This document shows positions 25,201 through 33,817 of a stretch of DNA of 60,464 bases, piece by piece. This DNA is from Chitinophaga pinensis. Its GTDB lineage: Bacteria > Bacteroidota > Bacteroidia > Chitinophagales > Chitinophagaceae. Each line of letters opens with the position of its first letter. The stretch's first letter is position 1. A program made the position numbers and the translations under genes. The stretch lies in contig CALRQQ020000001.1 in assembly GCA_943370345.1 (NCBI GenBank), forward strand, positions 1-60,464. The letters are read 5' to 3'. The notes under the pieces were generated by a model. That model saw nothing but the letters and a program-made list of their open reading frames with translations, had not been told where the DNA came from and did not search any database.

Positions 25201-26712
25201 TCAGGATTGATTACCCTCTTGCCCGGCATTGGGATTATTAGGTCGTGGTTGATTGCCCTGTCCGCCTCCTTGTTGTCCGCCTTGATTACGATTCGGATTA
25301 TTCGGTCTTGGCTGATTGCGATTGCCTTGTCCTTGCTGACCACCACCACGTTGCTGGCCTTGCTGCCCCCCCTGATTACGGTTCGGATTATTCGGTCTTG
25401 GCTGATTGCCCTGTCCACCCTGGTTACGGTTACCTTGTCCTTGTTGTCCACCGCCACCACCCTGTGGTCCCCGGTTTTGCTGCCCTCCGCCCTGTTGCCC
25501 GCCACCACGTTGTGGTCCTCGGTTCTGCTGCCCTCCACCTTGTTGTGGCTGTCCGCCACCGCGTTGTTGAGGACGTTGCTGCCGTTGCTGGTTTTGTTGT
25601 TTCTTTTTCTTTTCTGCTTTTTCCAACGTGCGCAGACTGATCTGTCCGACCAGTTCCACCATTTCCGGTTCAGCTTCTTTCTGTTTACCGCTGGTTACAT
25701 CTACCGGTTCGAGTTCATCCGGTGTGATGCCCTGACGGTTCTGGGCCTTGATCTTTTGAACGCGTTCAATGGTCAGCGGGTATTGTTTGTTGCTGTCGGG
25801 CAACGTATACCACATCAGGTTCTTGAAAATATCTTTCTTGATGAGGAAGGCATTACCCTTGGCTACCTGCAATACATCGCAGTTGTCAGGGAATCCCTGT
25901 AAAGCATCCAGGTAAGTATCGAGTTCGTAGTTGAGACAACATTTGAGACGACCGCACTGTCCGCTGAGTTTGGTCTGGTTGATGGAGAGATTCTGGTAAC
26001 GTGCCGCAGCGGTGTTCACTGATTTAAAATCCGTCAGCCAGGTACTGCAGCAGAGTTCACGGCCACAACTACCAATACCGCCTACTTTACCGGCTTCCTG
26101 TCTTGCACCGATCTGGCGCATTTCCACTTTTACCTTGAATTCGGACGCATATACTTTGATCAGTTCCCGGAAGTCCACCCGTCCATCGGCAATATAGAAG
26201 AAGGTCGCTTTACGTCCATCGGCCTGCATTTCCACCTGGCTGATCTTCATGTCCAGTCTGAGCTGCTTGGCAATGGCCCGGCTGCGGATGACCGCTTCCG
26301 GTTCACGTGCTTTATTCTGTTTCCATGTATCAATATCACGCTCGGTGGCCCTGCGTAATACTTTCTTCATTTCGGGGTTGTCTTCCTTCACATTCCTTTT
26401 CTTCATCTGCAGGCGAACGATCTCACCGGTGAGGGATACTTCCCCGAGGTCGAAACCACTCACCCCTTCCACACAGATCAGGTCTCCTTTTTCAAAGGGT
26501 TGTAATGTGGGATTGCGGAAGAAATCCTTTCGTGTGCCCTGACTGAAACTCACTTCAATCACTTTGCAGGCACTGTCAAAATCGGTCATGGGGAGGTTGC
26601 GCAGCCAGTCATGCGCGTTCATGCGGTTGCAACCGCCGGAACTGCATCCGCCGTTGCTCTTACATCCGTTCGGCTTTCCGCCGGTATCCGTACTGCAACC
26701 TGTACAACCCAT
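25201..26712 (-). CDS. ricT: PSP1/RicT (YaaT-like) Fe-S protein with Q/G/N-rich C-terminal tail
   Basis: RVDFRELIK, GSCGRELCC and KLSGQCGRLKCCLNYE; Cys-rich N-terminus; ~130-aa low-complexity tail. Confidence 0.88.
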   Translation of the reverse strand: MGCTGCSTDTGGKPNGCKSNGGCSSGGCNRMNAHDWLRNLPMTDFDSACKVIEVSFSQGTRKDFFRNPTLQPFEKGDLICVEGVSGFDLGEVSLTGEIVRLQMKKRNVKEDNPEMKKVLRRATERDIDTWKQNKAREPEAVIRSRAIAKQLRLDMKISQVEMQADGRKATFFYIADGRVDFRELIKVYASEFKVKVEMRQIGARQEAGKVGGIGSCGRELCCSTWLTDFKSVNTAAARYQNLSINQTKLSGQCGRLKCCLNYELDTYLDALQGFPDNCDVLQVAKGNAFLIKKDIFKNLMWYTLPDSNKQYPLTIERVQKIKAQNRQGITPDELEPVDVTSGKQKEAEPEMVELVGQISLRTLEKAEKKKKQQNQQRQQRPQQRGGGQPQQGGGQQNRGPQRGGGQQGGGQQNRGPQGGGGGQQGQGNRNQGGQGNQPRPNNPNRNQGGQQGQQRGGGQQGQGNRNQPRPNNPNRNQGGQQGGGQGNQPRPNNPNAGQEGNQS

Positions 26713-26904
26713 ATAACTAAATGTTCCGGATCTACTCCGGTAGCAATTAAAGATTAAAAAATCAAAAGGGGAAAAGCGTAACCAGGTTACAGGCGGGCAT
26801 ATAGTTTATGGCAAAATACTGTTTGTCAGCTATTTATAAAACTATATAAAATGAAATTAGATACTTAACCAACTTGTAACCCAGGGATTTACCTGTTCTT
26901 GTAT

Positions 26905-26932
26905 TTCCCACTCTCTATATTCCACACCCCAC
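26905..26932. repeat. Degenerate heptamer array after the holB stop
   Basis: TTCCCAC TCTCTAT ATTCCAC ACCCCAC (GTGGRRN-like on the holB sense strand). Confidence 0.4.
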
Positions 26933-26941
26933 TCTTCCGTC

Positions 26942-28159
26942 TCACTCCATCAAAAATACAACCTTATCCTGAATAATATGGTATAGTTTAATGGTCAGCG
27001 CATGGAAGAGCATTTTGCCATGGGCATTGCGTTCGATATAGTAACTGGCCTTGTCCAGCTCCTCAATAATGGCTTCCTGCTGTTCAATGGAAGCAAACCG
27101 GTTCAGCCGGATGGCAAAATCCCGCTCTTTTTCGCCAATATTCAGTGCCTCGCCCCGGATCCGGTAATGAATGGCCAGTTCGAGCTGGTGGTTAAAATAA
27201 CGGAGAAACTGCTTTTGTTTTTCCCTTCCCAGCCGGCTCACTTCTTCCACCCATTTGGTCTGCGCAATGGGTCCTCCTTTTAAAATGGCGTTCATCCATT
27301 CCCTTAACATGATCAGCCAGTCTTCCTCGGCATGCTGAACCAGCTGCAGGGCTTCCCGGTAATTACCTTCGCTTACTCCGGCTACCTGACGGGCGATCGC
27401 GGGTTCCGTCTTGTTACGGCTGATCAGGGCTTCTTCAATATCACTGTTATCCAGTGCCGGCACTTTTACCAGCTGACAACGGCTCAGGATGGTGGGCAGC
27501 ACCATCTCTTCATTTTCGGCCACCAGGATAAACAGGGTATTGGGCGGCGGTTCCTCAATTATTTTCAACAGTTTGTTGCCTTCCTTGTCCAGTTCCTCGG
27601 GCATCCACATCACCAGGATCTTATATTCGCTTTCAAAACTTTTCAGGCTGAGCTTCTTAATGATCTCATCACATTCCCTTGCCGTGATCTTTCCCTGACT
27701 GTTTTCCTTCTCCTTGATCATTTCTATCCAATCAAAAAGATTTCCGTACGAATTGAGTTTGATGAACTCCCGCCATTCCGTAATAAAATCAGTGGCGATC
27801 GGTTTCTCCCCGGCTTTCTTCGTTACGGTAGGATAAGAGTAATGGATATCCGGATGTACGAGTTGCTGGGCTTTGAGGCAGGCAGCGCAAACGCCACAGG
27901 AGTCAGTAGTGAGTGGTGTGTGGTGAGTGGGGCCGCTCTCAACGGTATCGTCTCCAAAAAGAGAAGGTCCTGCAGCTACCACTTTCTTTGGATTCGCTTT
28001 CTCACAGACTACATATTGTGCAAAGGCCAAAGCTAAAGGCAGGGCGCCACTGCCTTCTTTTCCCAGGAATAGCAAAGCGTGGCTCAGCCGGTTGTGTTGT
28101 AACAGTTCGGCGAGTTGCTGCTTGACCGCGGATTGTCCTATGACCTGGGAGAATGGCAT
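26942..28159 (-). CDS. holB: DNA polymerase III subunit delta'
   Basis: RLSHALLF, CGVCAAC, HPDIH, KLLKIIEEPP and TILSRCQ. Confidence 0.9.
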   Translation of the reverse strand: MPFSQVIGQSAVKQQLAELLQHNRLSHALLFLGKEGSGALPLALAFAQYVVCEKANPKKVVAAGPSLFGDDTVESGPTHHTPLTTDSCGVCAACLKAQQLVHPDIHYSYPTVTKKAGEKPIATDFITEWREFIKLNSYGNLFDWIEMIKEKENSQGKITARECDEIIKKLSLKSFESEYKILVMWMPEELDKEGNKLLKIIEEPPPNTLFILVAENEEMVLPTILSRCQLVKVPALDNSDIEEALISRNKTEPAIARQVAGVSEGNYREALQLVQHAEEDWLIMLREWMNAILKGGPIAQTKWVEEVSRLGREKQKQFLRYFNHQLELAIHYRIRGEALNIGEKERDFAIRLNRFASIEQQEAIIEELDKASYYIERNAHGKMLFHALTIKLYHIIQDKVVFLME

Positions 28160-28191
28160 GGAGGGCGAAAATAAATCTTATTGGGATATAA

Positions 28192-28301
28192 TTGAGCGTT
28201 GATAAATGAATATTGACGATTGAACATTTCCTAACTAAGAAAAGCAATGCTCAACCTGCCTTTGCCGGCAGGCAGGTATTCAATGCTCAATTTTCAATTG
28301 C
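28192..28301. repeat. Empty inverted heptamer pair with an inserted 22-nt palindrome
   Basis: 5x TTGAnnn (28192-28226), an 18-nt gap, then CAATnnn units (28245-28301) interrupted by CCTGCCTTTGCCGGCAGGCAGG (28255-28276). Confidence 0.8.
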
Positions 28302-28330
28302 CATTGGACACCTTCCTATGCTAAATAATC

Positions 28331-28360
28331 AAAAAAAAACCTGCGCCACAAAGCACAGGT
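28331..28360 (-). terminator. Intrinsic terminator of the glutathione peroxidase gene
   Basis: Minus-strand ACCUGUGC-loop-GCGCAGGU followed by a U-run. Confidence 0.75.
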
Positions 28361-28392
28361 CTTTCGTCTCACTGTAGAAACCGTCCGGCGTA

Positions 28393-28911
28393 TTAATTCA
28401 GGTATTTTAATATTTCTTCACTCATGGGTGCGGTCTTGGGGGCAAATGTGGCGATCAGTTCGCCTTTCTCATTGATCAGGAATTTACCAAAGTTCCAGGT
28501 TACGGGATCCGCAAATCCTTTGGCAGCGGCCTGCTCTTTCAGGAATTTATAGAGTGCGTGCGCATCATCCCCTTTAACCGAGATCTTTTCGGCCATCGGG
28601 AAGGTAACGCCATAATTCTGCTTGCAGAACTCGCTGATCTCGCTGTTACTCTTGGGCTCTTGTCCGGCGAAATTGTTGGCCGGGAAACCAATGATCACCA
28701 ACTTGTCTTTATACTTTTTATATAAAGCCTCTAATCCGTCGAACTGCGGCGTCAGTCCGCATTTGGATGCGGTATTTACGATCAGGACCTTTTTCCCTTT
28801 ATAAGCGGAGAGGTCAATTTCTTTTCCATCCAGTCCGGCCACTTTAAAATCATAAATGGAGCCGGCTGTTAATAGAGTACTCATAACTAATGTGATCAGT
28901 AAGGCTTTCAT
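28393..28911 (-). CDS. Glutathione peroxidase family protein (Cys type)
   Basis: VNTASKCGLTPQ, GFPANNFAGQEP and WNFGKFL. Start probably ATG 28911 (signal peptide). Confidence 0.92.
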   Translation of the reverse strand: MKALLITLVMSTLLTAGSIYDFKVAGLDGKEIDLSAYKGKKVLIVNTASKCGLTPQFDGLEALYKKYKDKLVIIGFPANNFAGQEPKSNSEISEFCKQNYGVTFPMAEKISVKGDDAHALYKFLKEQAAAKGFADPVTWNFGKFLINEKGELIATFAPKTAPMSEEILKYLN

Positions 28912-28991
28912 GTTGCGCTGGTTTAATAGATTGAATAACAAAAATACGGTCGTCTGGTTCTCTGAACGGAAGAAAAGGATAAACGGGTTGC

Positions 28992-30386
28992 TTATTGTTT
29001 TTCAAAACAACCCAGATCGGGCAAACCCACCGGGCGGGGCTTTCCATCTAAATCAGTGAGTATCCCGGCATTAACGCCTTTATTCAGTGCCGGAGAACCG
29101 GTTTTGAGCCGGAAATCATAATACTGGTCAGCGGTATTAATACTGTCGAACAGCGGGGGCTGGTTATTGATAGCCTGGGTAATGGTACTGTTGGCCGGCG
29201 GAGTCTGTACTTTCCAGAGCGTATAATCAAAGTGTACATTGAAGATTCCGCTGCCGCTTTTCTGCACCAGCACTTCATCGGTCACCAATCCGTTCTCTCC
29301 CCAGAAAATACAATTCCGGAAAACAGCATCCAGCGGATTGGTTAGACTGTTGGCCGTATTGGACAACGTGAGTACGGGTTCTTTGTGTTCAATAAAGCGA
29401 TTGGCATAGGTCACCACGGTGCAATGGGTAAACTGGTAATTGCCCCCCTGCACGAGATAGAGGTTTTTTCCGCAGTTTGTGATCAGACAATTCCGGGCCC
29501 GCAGACTGGAGTTGAGGCCAATGATCCCTGCATCATAGGCATTATCAATGACCGATTCGTTAAGGATCAGTTTGGGATTACTGTTGAGGGATGGTCCCTG
29601 AATCCCGATGGCCTGATAGGCATTTTTAATAATGGCATAATTCAGCACATTATCTTTTGCATTGGACAAAAAGAAGAGTCCGGGCCAGCTGGCCGGATAA
29701 TCTTTATAGGGTTCATCCAGCCGGTCGCCCTGGAAATACACGCGGTCGGCCGTATCTTTTTGACCATTCACCATCAGGGTGCCATCTACAATAAACGGTG
29801 CATCGGCGTGCATATAGATCCGGCAGCCCTTATTGATCGTGAGTGTTTTTCCGGTTGGCACGATCAATGATCCCAGGATCACATAGGGCAGATCATTGTT
29901 CCAGGTCTCATTGCTGCTGAGTACCCGGTCTCGGTAGAAATGGGCATTACGTCCCCAGGCTTCGAGTTGTACTTTCCGCTGCCTGCCATTGTATTCGATC
30001 TGTATACTGTCGCGTATCACAAAGGGCAGGTTGGCCGTTGTGGGATTTACATTGACCTGCACAAAAACAAAGAGGCTGTCATTGGCCGCGATCTCCAGGT
30101 TGCTGAACTGCGTACCGGGTGTGCCATCCACATTCATTTTATAAACGGAGGAAGTGCCCCCCATCAGTTTAACGGAGGAAAGACGCAGTGTCTGGTCATT
30201 TTCATTCTTAATGGTCAGTGCCCGGAACGTGGAGCCGGCATTCACAAAAACAGTATCAAACTGTAGCGTATCTGTGCTGAGTCCTACCCGGGCTTCAGGA
30301 GAAGTAATAAATGAATCTTTCTTACAGGAATAAAGAAAGATCAGCAAGGATATGGCCAGGAGTCCGGGTAACTTCATTGGAATCAA
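28992..30386 (-). CDS. Hypothetical lipoprotein with Ig-like and parallel beta-helix regions
   Basis: Lipobox LYSC, DTLQFDTVF, FQGDRL, NCIFWG and a C-terminal DLDGKPR...PDLGCFE. Confidence 0.7.
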   Translation of the reverse strand: MIPMKLPGLLAISLLIFLYSCKKDSFITSPEARVGLSTDTLQFDTVFVNAGSTFRALTIKNENDQTLRLSSVKLMGGTSSVYKMNVDGTPGTQFSNLEIAANDSLFVFVQVNVNPTTANLPFVIRDSIQIEYNGRQRKVQLEAWGRNAHFYRDRVLSSNETWNNDLPYVILGSLIVPTGKTLTINKGCRIYMHADAPFIVDGTLMVNGQKDTADRVYFQGDRLDEPYKDYPASWPGLFFLSNAKDNVLNYAIIKNAYQAIGIQGPSLNSNPKLILNESVIDNAYDAGIIGLNSSLRARNCLITNCGKNLYLVQGGNYQFTHCTVVTYANRFIEHKEPVLTLSNTANSLTNPLDAVFRNCIFWGENGLVTDEVLVQKSGSGIFNVHFDYTLWKVQTPPANSTITQAINNQPPLFDSINTADQYYDFRLKTGSPALNKGVNAGILTDLDGKPRPVGLPDLGCFEKQ

Positions 30387-30407
30387 AAATAAGTCATGAA
30401 TCTGACA

Positions 30408-31106
30408 TTAACGAGCGGCAATACATAAGGTGGCGATACCGAGTTGTACACCGGGAATTTTCAATAATTCCGATCCGCAGGATTCCAGGGTGGCCCCTGT
30501 GGTCACCACATCATCCACGAGCAATAATTTTTTATGATGCAGGGGAGCTGTATCCTGTACCATAAACTTGCCTTCCATATTTTTCCAGCGCTCCACTCTT
30601 CCTTTTTTGGTTTGTGTTTCGGTATGTTCCGGTCGTTGCACTGCCTGGTTCCATACGGGAATATGCAGAACGGCCGACATTCCTTCGCAGAGTACAGTGG
30701 CCTGGTTATAGCCTCTTCTTTTTTCTTTGCCGGGAAATAAGGGGAGGGGGATCAGTGCATCCGCATGAAAGCGACCTGATTTTTTTAATGCTTCCCCCAT
30801 GAGCATCCCGAGTTGTAGCCCAAGCTCTTTGTTGCCTTTGTATTTCAGCTGGTGCATCAGGTGTTGTACCAGTGATTCTTTGGTGAAGTAATACGTGGCA
30901 CTGGCCATTTGCAGGGGTAGTCTACCCCAGAACATCTTCTCTGCCGGATTGGACGGATGCCGTTCAAAACCCGTTTCGGGTAATGCATGCAGACAGCGCA
31001 GACAGAGCGTGGAATCTTCGGGCAATATATCGGAGCCACAACCGCAGCAGGTATGCGGAAAGAGGAAGTGAAGGAGGGCTTCCTTCATTTCTTTGAATAA
31101 CAACAT
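30408..31106 (-). CDS. comF: ComF family phosphoribosyltransferase-like protein
   Basis: N-terminal CxxC...CxxC, RGYNQ and LLVDDVVTTGAT. Confidence 0.9.
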   Translation of the reverse strand: MLLFKEMKEALLHFLFPHTCCGCGSDILPEDSTLCLRCLHALPETGFERHPSNPAEKMFWGRLPLQMASATYYFTKESLVQHLMHQLKYKGNKELGLQLGMLMGEALKKSGRFHADALIPLPLFPGKEKRRGYNQATVLCEGMSAVLHIPVWNQAVQRPEHTETQTKKGRVERWKNMEGKFMVQDTAPLHHKKLLLVDDVVTTGATLESCGSELLKIPGVQLGIATLCIAAR

Positions 31107-31142
31107 AGCGATAAGGTTTGGATCCTAAATCTAGGGAAAGAC

Positions 31143-32516
31143 TCAGAATAAATACCGGTACACCTCCTCTACGCGGCCCATGGTCACCACTTCTATATTG
31201 AATTTCTGTTTGGCCAGACCTTTCTGATTGTATTTGGAGACAAGTATTTTTTCAAACCCGAGTTTTTCGGCTTCCGCGATCCGTTGTTCGATCCGGTTCA
31301 CGGCGCGGATCTCGCCACTGAGTCCCACTTCACCGGCAAAGCAGATGTGTTGCGGCAGGGTCACATCTTCATACGAGGAGAGCAGGGCACAAAGTACAGC
31401 GAGGTCGATGGATGGGTCTTCCACTTTGATGCCTCCTGCAATATTGAGGAACACATCTTTCATACCAAAATGGAACCCACCTCTTTTCTCCAGTACGGCC
31501 AATAATAATTGTAAACGGCGCAGGTCAAAACCACTCACAGTTCGTTGCGGTGTTCCATACACGGATTGCGTGACGAGAGCCTGTACTTCGATCAGCAGAG
31601 GACGCATGCCTTCGATCGTGGCTGCAATGGCGATCCCGCTCAACTGATCTTCTTTCTGCGTGATCAGGATCTCACTGGGATTGAGTACGCCCCGCATACC
31701 GGTATCGGTCATTTCATAGATACCCAGTTCGGCCGTACTGCCAAAACGGTTCTTTAAGGTGCGCAGGATACGATAGGCATAATGACGGTCGCCTTCAAAC
31801 TGCAGTACGGTATCCACCATATGTTCGAGGATCTTGGGTCCGGCGATACTTCCGTCTTTGGTGATATGTCCAATGAGAAATACCGGTGTATTGGTCTCTT
31901 TGGCGAAACGTTGGAACTCGGCTGTACATTCACGGATCTGTGATACACTGCCGGGGGAAGATTCAATATGGGTGGTTTGTAAGGTCTGAATGGAATCCAC
32001 GATCACCAGTTGTGGTTTCAGTTTCTTTATTTCCTGGAAGATCGTTTGTGTGGAGGTTTCTGTCAGCAGGTAAAACTGATCATTCTTCAGACCCAGCCGG
32101 TCGGCGCGCATCTTCAGTTGTTGTTCACTTTCTTCCCCGCTGATATAGAGCACTACAATTTCTTTAAGCCATAATCCGTTCTGTAAAAACAAGGTTGATT
32201 TACCGATGCCGGGTTCGCCGGCCACTAATACAAGACTTCCTGGAACAATACCACCACCGAGTACCCGGTTCAGTTCCGCATCGGCCGTTGGCAGTCTCCG
32301 CTCTTCATTACTTTTTATTTCATTCAATGAAACCGTTTTCGCCGTTCTTTTTTCGGTGTTGTATTCTTTCCATCCCTGCTCATTCTTTCCTTTATCTTTT
32401 TGCACGAGTTCTTCCACGAACGTGTTCCATTGTCCGCAGGAAGGACACTGACCCGCCCATTTCACCGATTCATGTCCGCACTGCTGGCAAAAAAATGTTG
32501 ATTTTGCTTTACTCAT
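31143..32516 (-). CDS. radA: DNA repair protein RadA/Sms
   Basis: C4 zinc finger, GEPGIGKST, KNRFG and GEVGLSGEIR. Confidence 0.97.
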   Translation of the reverse strand: MSKAKSTFFCQQCGHESVKWAGQCPSCGQWNTFVEELVQKDKGKNEQGWKEYNTEKRTAKTVSLNEIKSNEERRLPTADAELNRVLGGGIVPGSLVLVAGEPGIGKSTLFLQNGLWLKEIVVLYISGEESEQQLKMRADRLGLKNDQFYLLTETSTQTIFQEIKKLKPQLVIVDSIQTLQTTHIESSPGSVSQIRECTAEFQRFAKETNTPVFLIGHITKDGSIAGPKILEHMVDTVLQFEGDRHYAYRILRTLKNRFGSTAELGIYEMTDTGMRGVLNPSEILITQKEDQLSGIAIAATIEGMRPLLIEVQALVTQSVYGTPQRTVSGFDLRRLQLLLAVLEKRGGFHFGMKDVFLNIAGGIKVEDPSIDLAVLCALLSSYEDVTLPQHICFAGEVGLSGEIRAVNRIEQRIAEAEKLGFEKILVSKYNQKGLAKQKFNIEVVTMGRVEEVYRYLF

Positions 32517-32652
32517 GCGATAAAATTAAATGATTTGGAACTGCAAGCAGAAAGGATCGCGGATCTGACAACAAGGATGATCTGTTATGGATAAAAAAAC
32601 GGTGCTGAAAAAAAGAAAGATGGAAGAAAAAAAAGCGGGCATTCCTGAAATG

Positions 32653-32707
32653 TAAAAAGGGCCAATCTGACGACTGACCCTCTTACTTACTAACCCATTA
32701 AATTCTG
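32653..32707 (-). ncRNA. Candidate small RNA 2 (~55 nt)
   Basis: -7-like TAACTTAG (32711-32718), single-stranded 5' part, and terminator AGGGUCAGUC-GUCA-GAUUGGCCCU-UUUU whose G-U pairs form only on the minus strand. Confidence 0.55.
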
Positions 32708-32999
32708 TTGCTAAGTTACAATTATGCCCCACATTTCAAAATAAATTTTTGCTGCTGTGCATAACTAAAATGGTCTGTCAGGCATTTATAACTATGCTGA
32801 AAATCAATGAAATTGATTTTTTAAATAATTGATTGTTAAATAGTTATCAATCTTTTATAAAAAGCGCTATCTTTAACTAACCGTTTAAAAAAAGACTGTT
32901 TTTTAAACGGGAAATGACAAAACGACTGAAAAAAAGGGGACTGATCCAAATGGTCGCAAATTTGTTATAACTGGTAATAAATTAAACAATTCTTAAGCC

Positions 33000-33695
33000 A
33001 TGACAAGTGAGATTTTTATCGTTTCGCTGGTGTTTCTGGGACTCAGTTTCCTGGTCTCTGCCGTACTCAAAAGTAAGTTCACCAAGTACAGTAAAATAGG
33101 GCTTTCCAGCGGCCTTTCCGGGCGGGAGATCGCCGAGAAAATGCTCCGGGAAAACGGAATATATGATGTAAAAGTTATATCTGTTGACGGGTTTCTGTCT
33201 GATCACTATAACCCGGTGAACCGGACGGTGAATCTGAGTCCGGAAGTCTATAATGGTACCAGTATTTCTGCGGCAGCGGTAGCCGCCCACGAGTGCGGGC
33301 ACGCGGTACAGCATGCCACGCAATATGGTCCCCTGATGTTCCGTAGTAAGATGGTCCCGGCTGTTCAGTGGAGTTCTATGCTGGTCAACTGGATCTTATT
33401 GGCGGGTATGGTGGTGCTGGCCAGTACCAGGAACCCGACGATCCTGCTGGTAGGTATTATTATTATGGCGGTAACGGTATTATTTACCCTGGTGACCCTG
33501 CCGGTGGAGTTTGATGCCAGCAAAAGGGCCCTGGCCTGGTTGCGGCAGACCAATATCACCAACTCGGTGGAATTTCCCAAAGCCAAGGATGCCCTTAAAT
33601 GGGCAGCAACCACGTATGTGGTGGCGGCCCTGGCAGCGGTTGTGCAATTAATACAATATATTATGATATATATGGGAAGCAGGGACAGAAGCTAA
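33000..33695 (+). CDS. YugP-like neutral zinc metallopeptidase
   Basis: LSDHYNP, AAHECGHAVQ, TLPVEFDAS and AATTYV. Confidence 0.9.
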   Translation: MTSEIFIVSLVFLGLSFLVSAVLKSKFTKYSKIGLSSGLSGREIAEKMLRENGIYDVKVISVDGFLSDHYNPVNRTVNLSPEVYNGTSISAAAVAAHECGHAVQHATQYGPLMFRSKMVPAVQWSSMLVNWILLAGMVVLASTRNPTILLVGIIIMAVTVLFTLVTLPVEFDASKRALAWLRQTNITNSVEFPKAKDALKWAATTYVVAALAAVVQLIQYIMIYMGSRDRS

Positions 33696-33724
33696 CATTA
33701 GTTAGTTGATTCAAATCAAAATTC

Positions 33725-33753
33725 AAAACCATGCAGCGAACTGCATGGTTTTC
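33725..33753 (+). terminator. Intrinsic terminator
   Basis: AAAACCATGCAG-cgaa-CTGCATGGTTTT. Confidence 0.8.
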
Positions 33754-33817
33754 TTGTTTTGTTAAGGCAAGGTTAATATATATTTATCCCTTCTTATATT
33801 TCTAAAAACCAACACAC

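Noticed and set aside
25122-25902. Overlapping repetitive ORFs (145, 231 and 131 aa)
   Set aside because: Alternative-frame or antisense readings of the low-complexity RicT tail.
28759-28761. Selenocysteine in glutathione peroxidase
   Set aside because: The active-site codon is TGC (Cys), not TGA.
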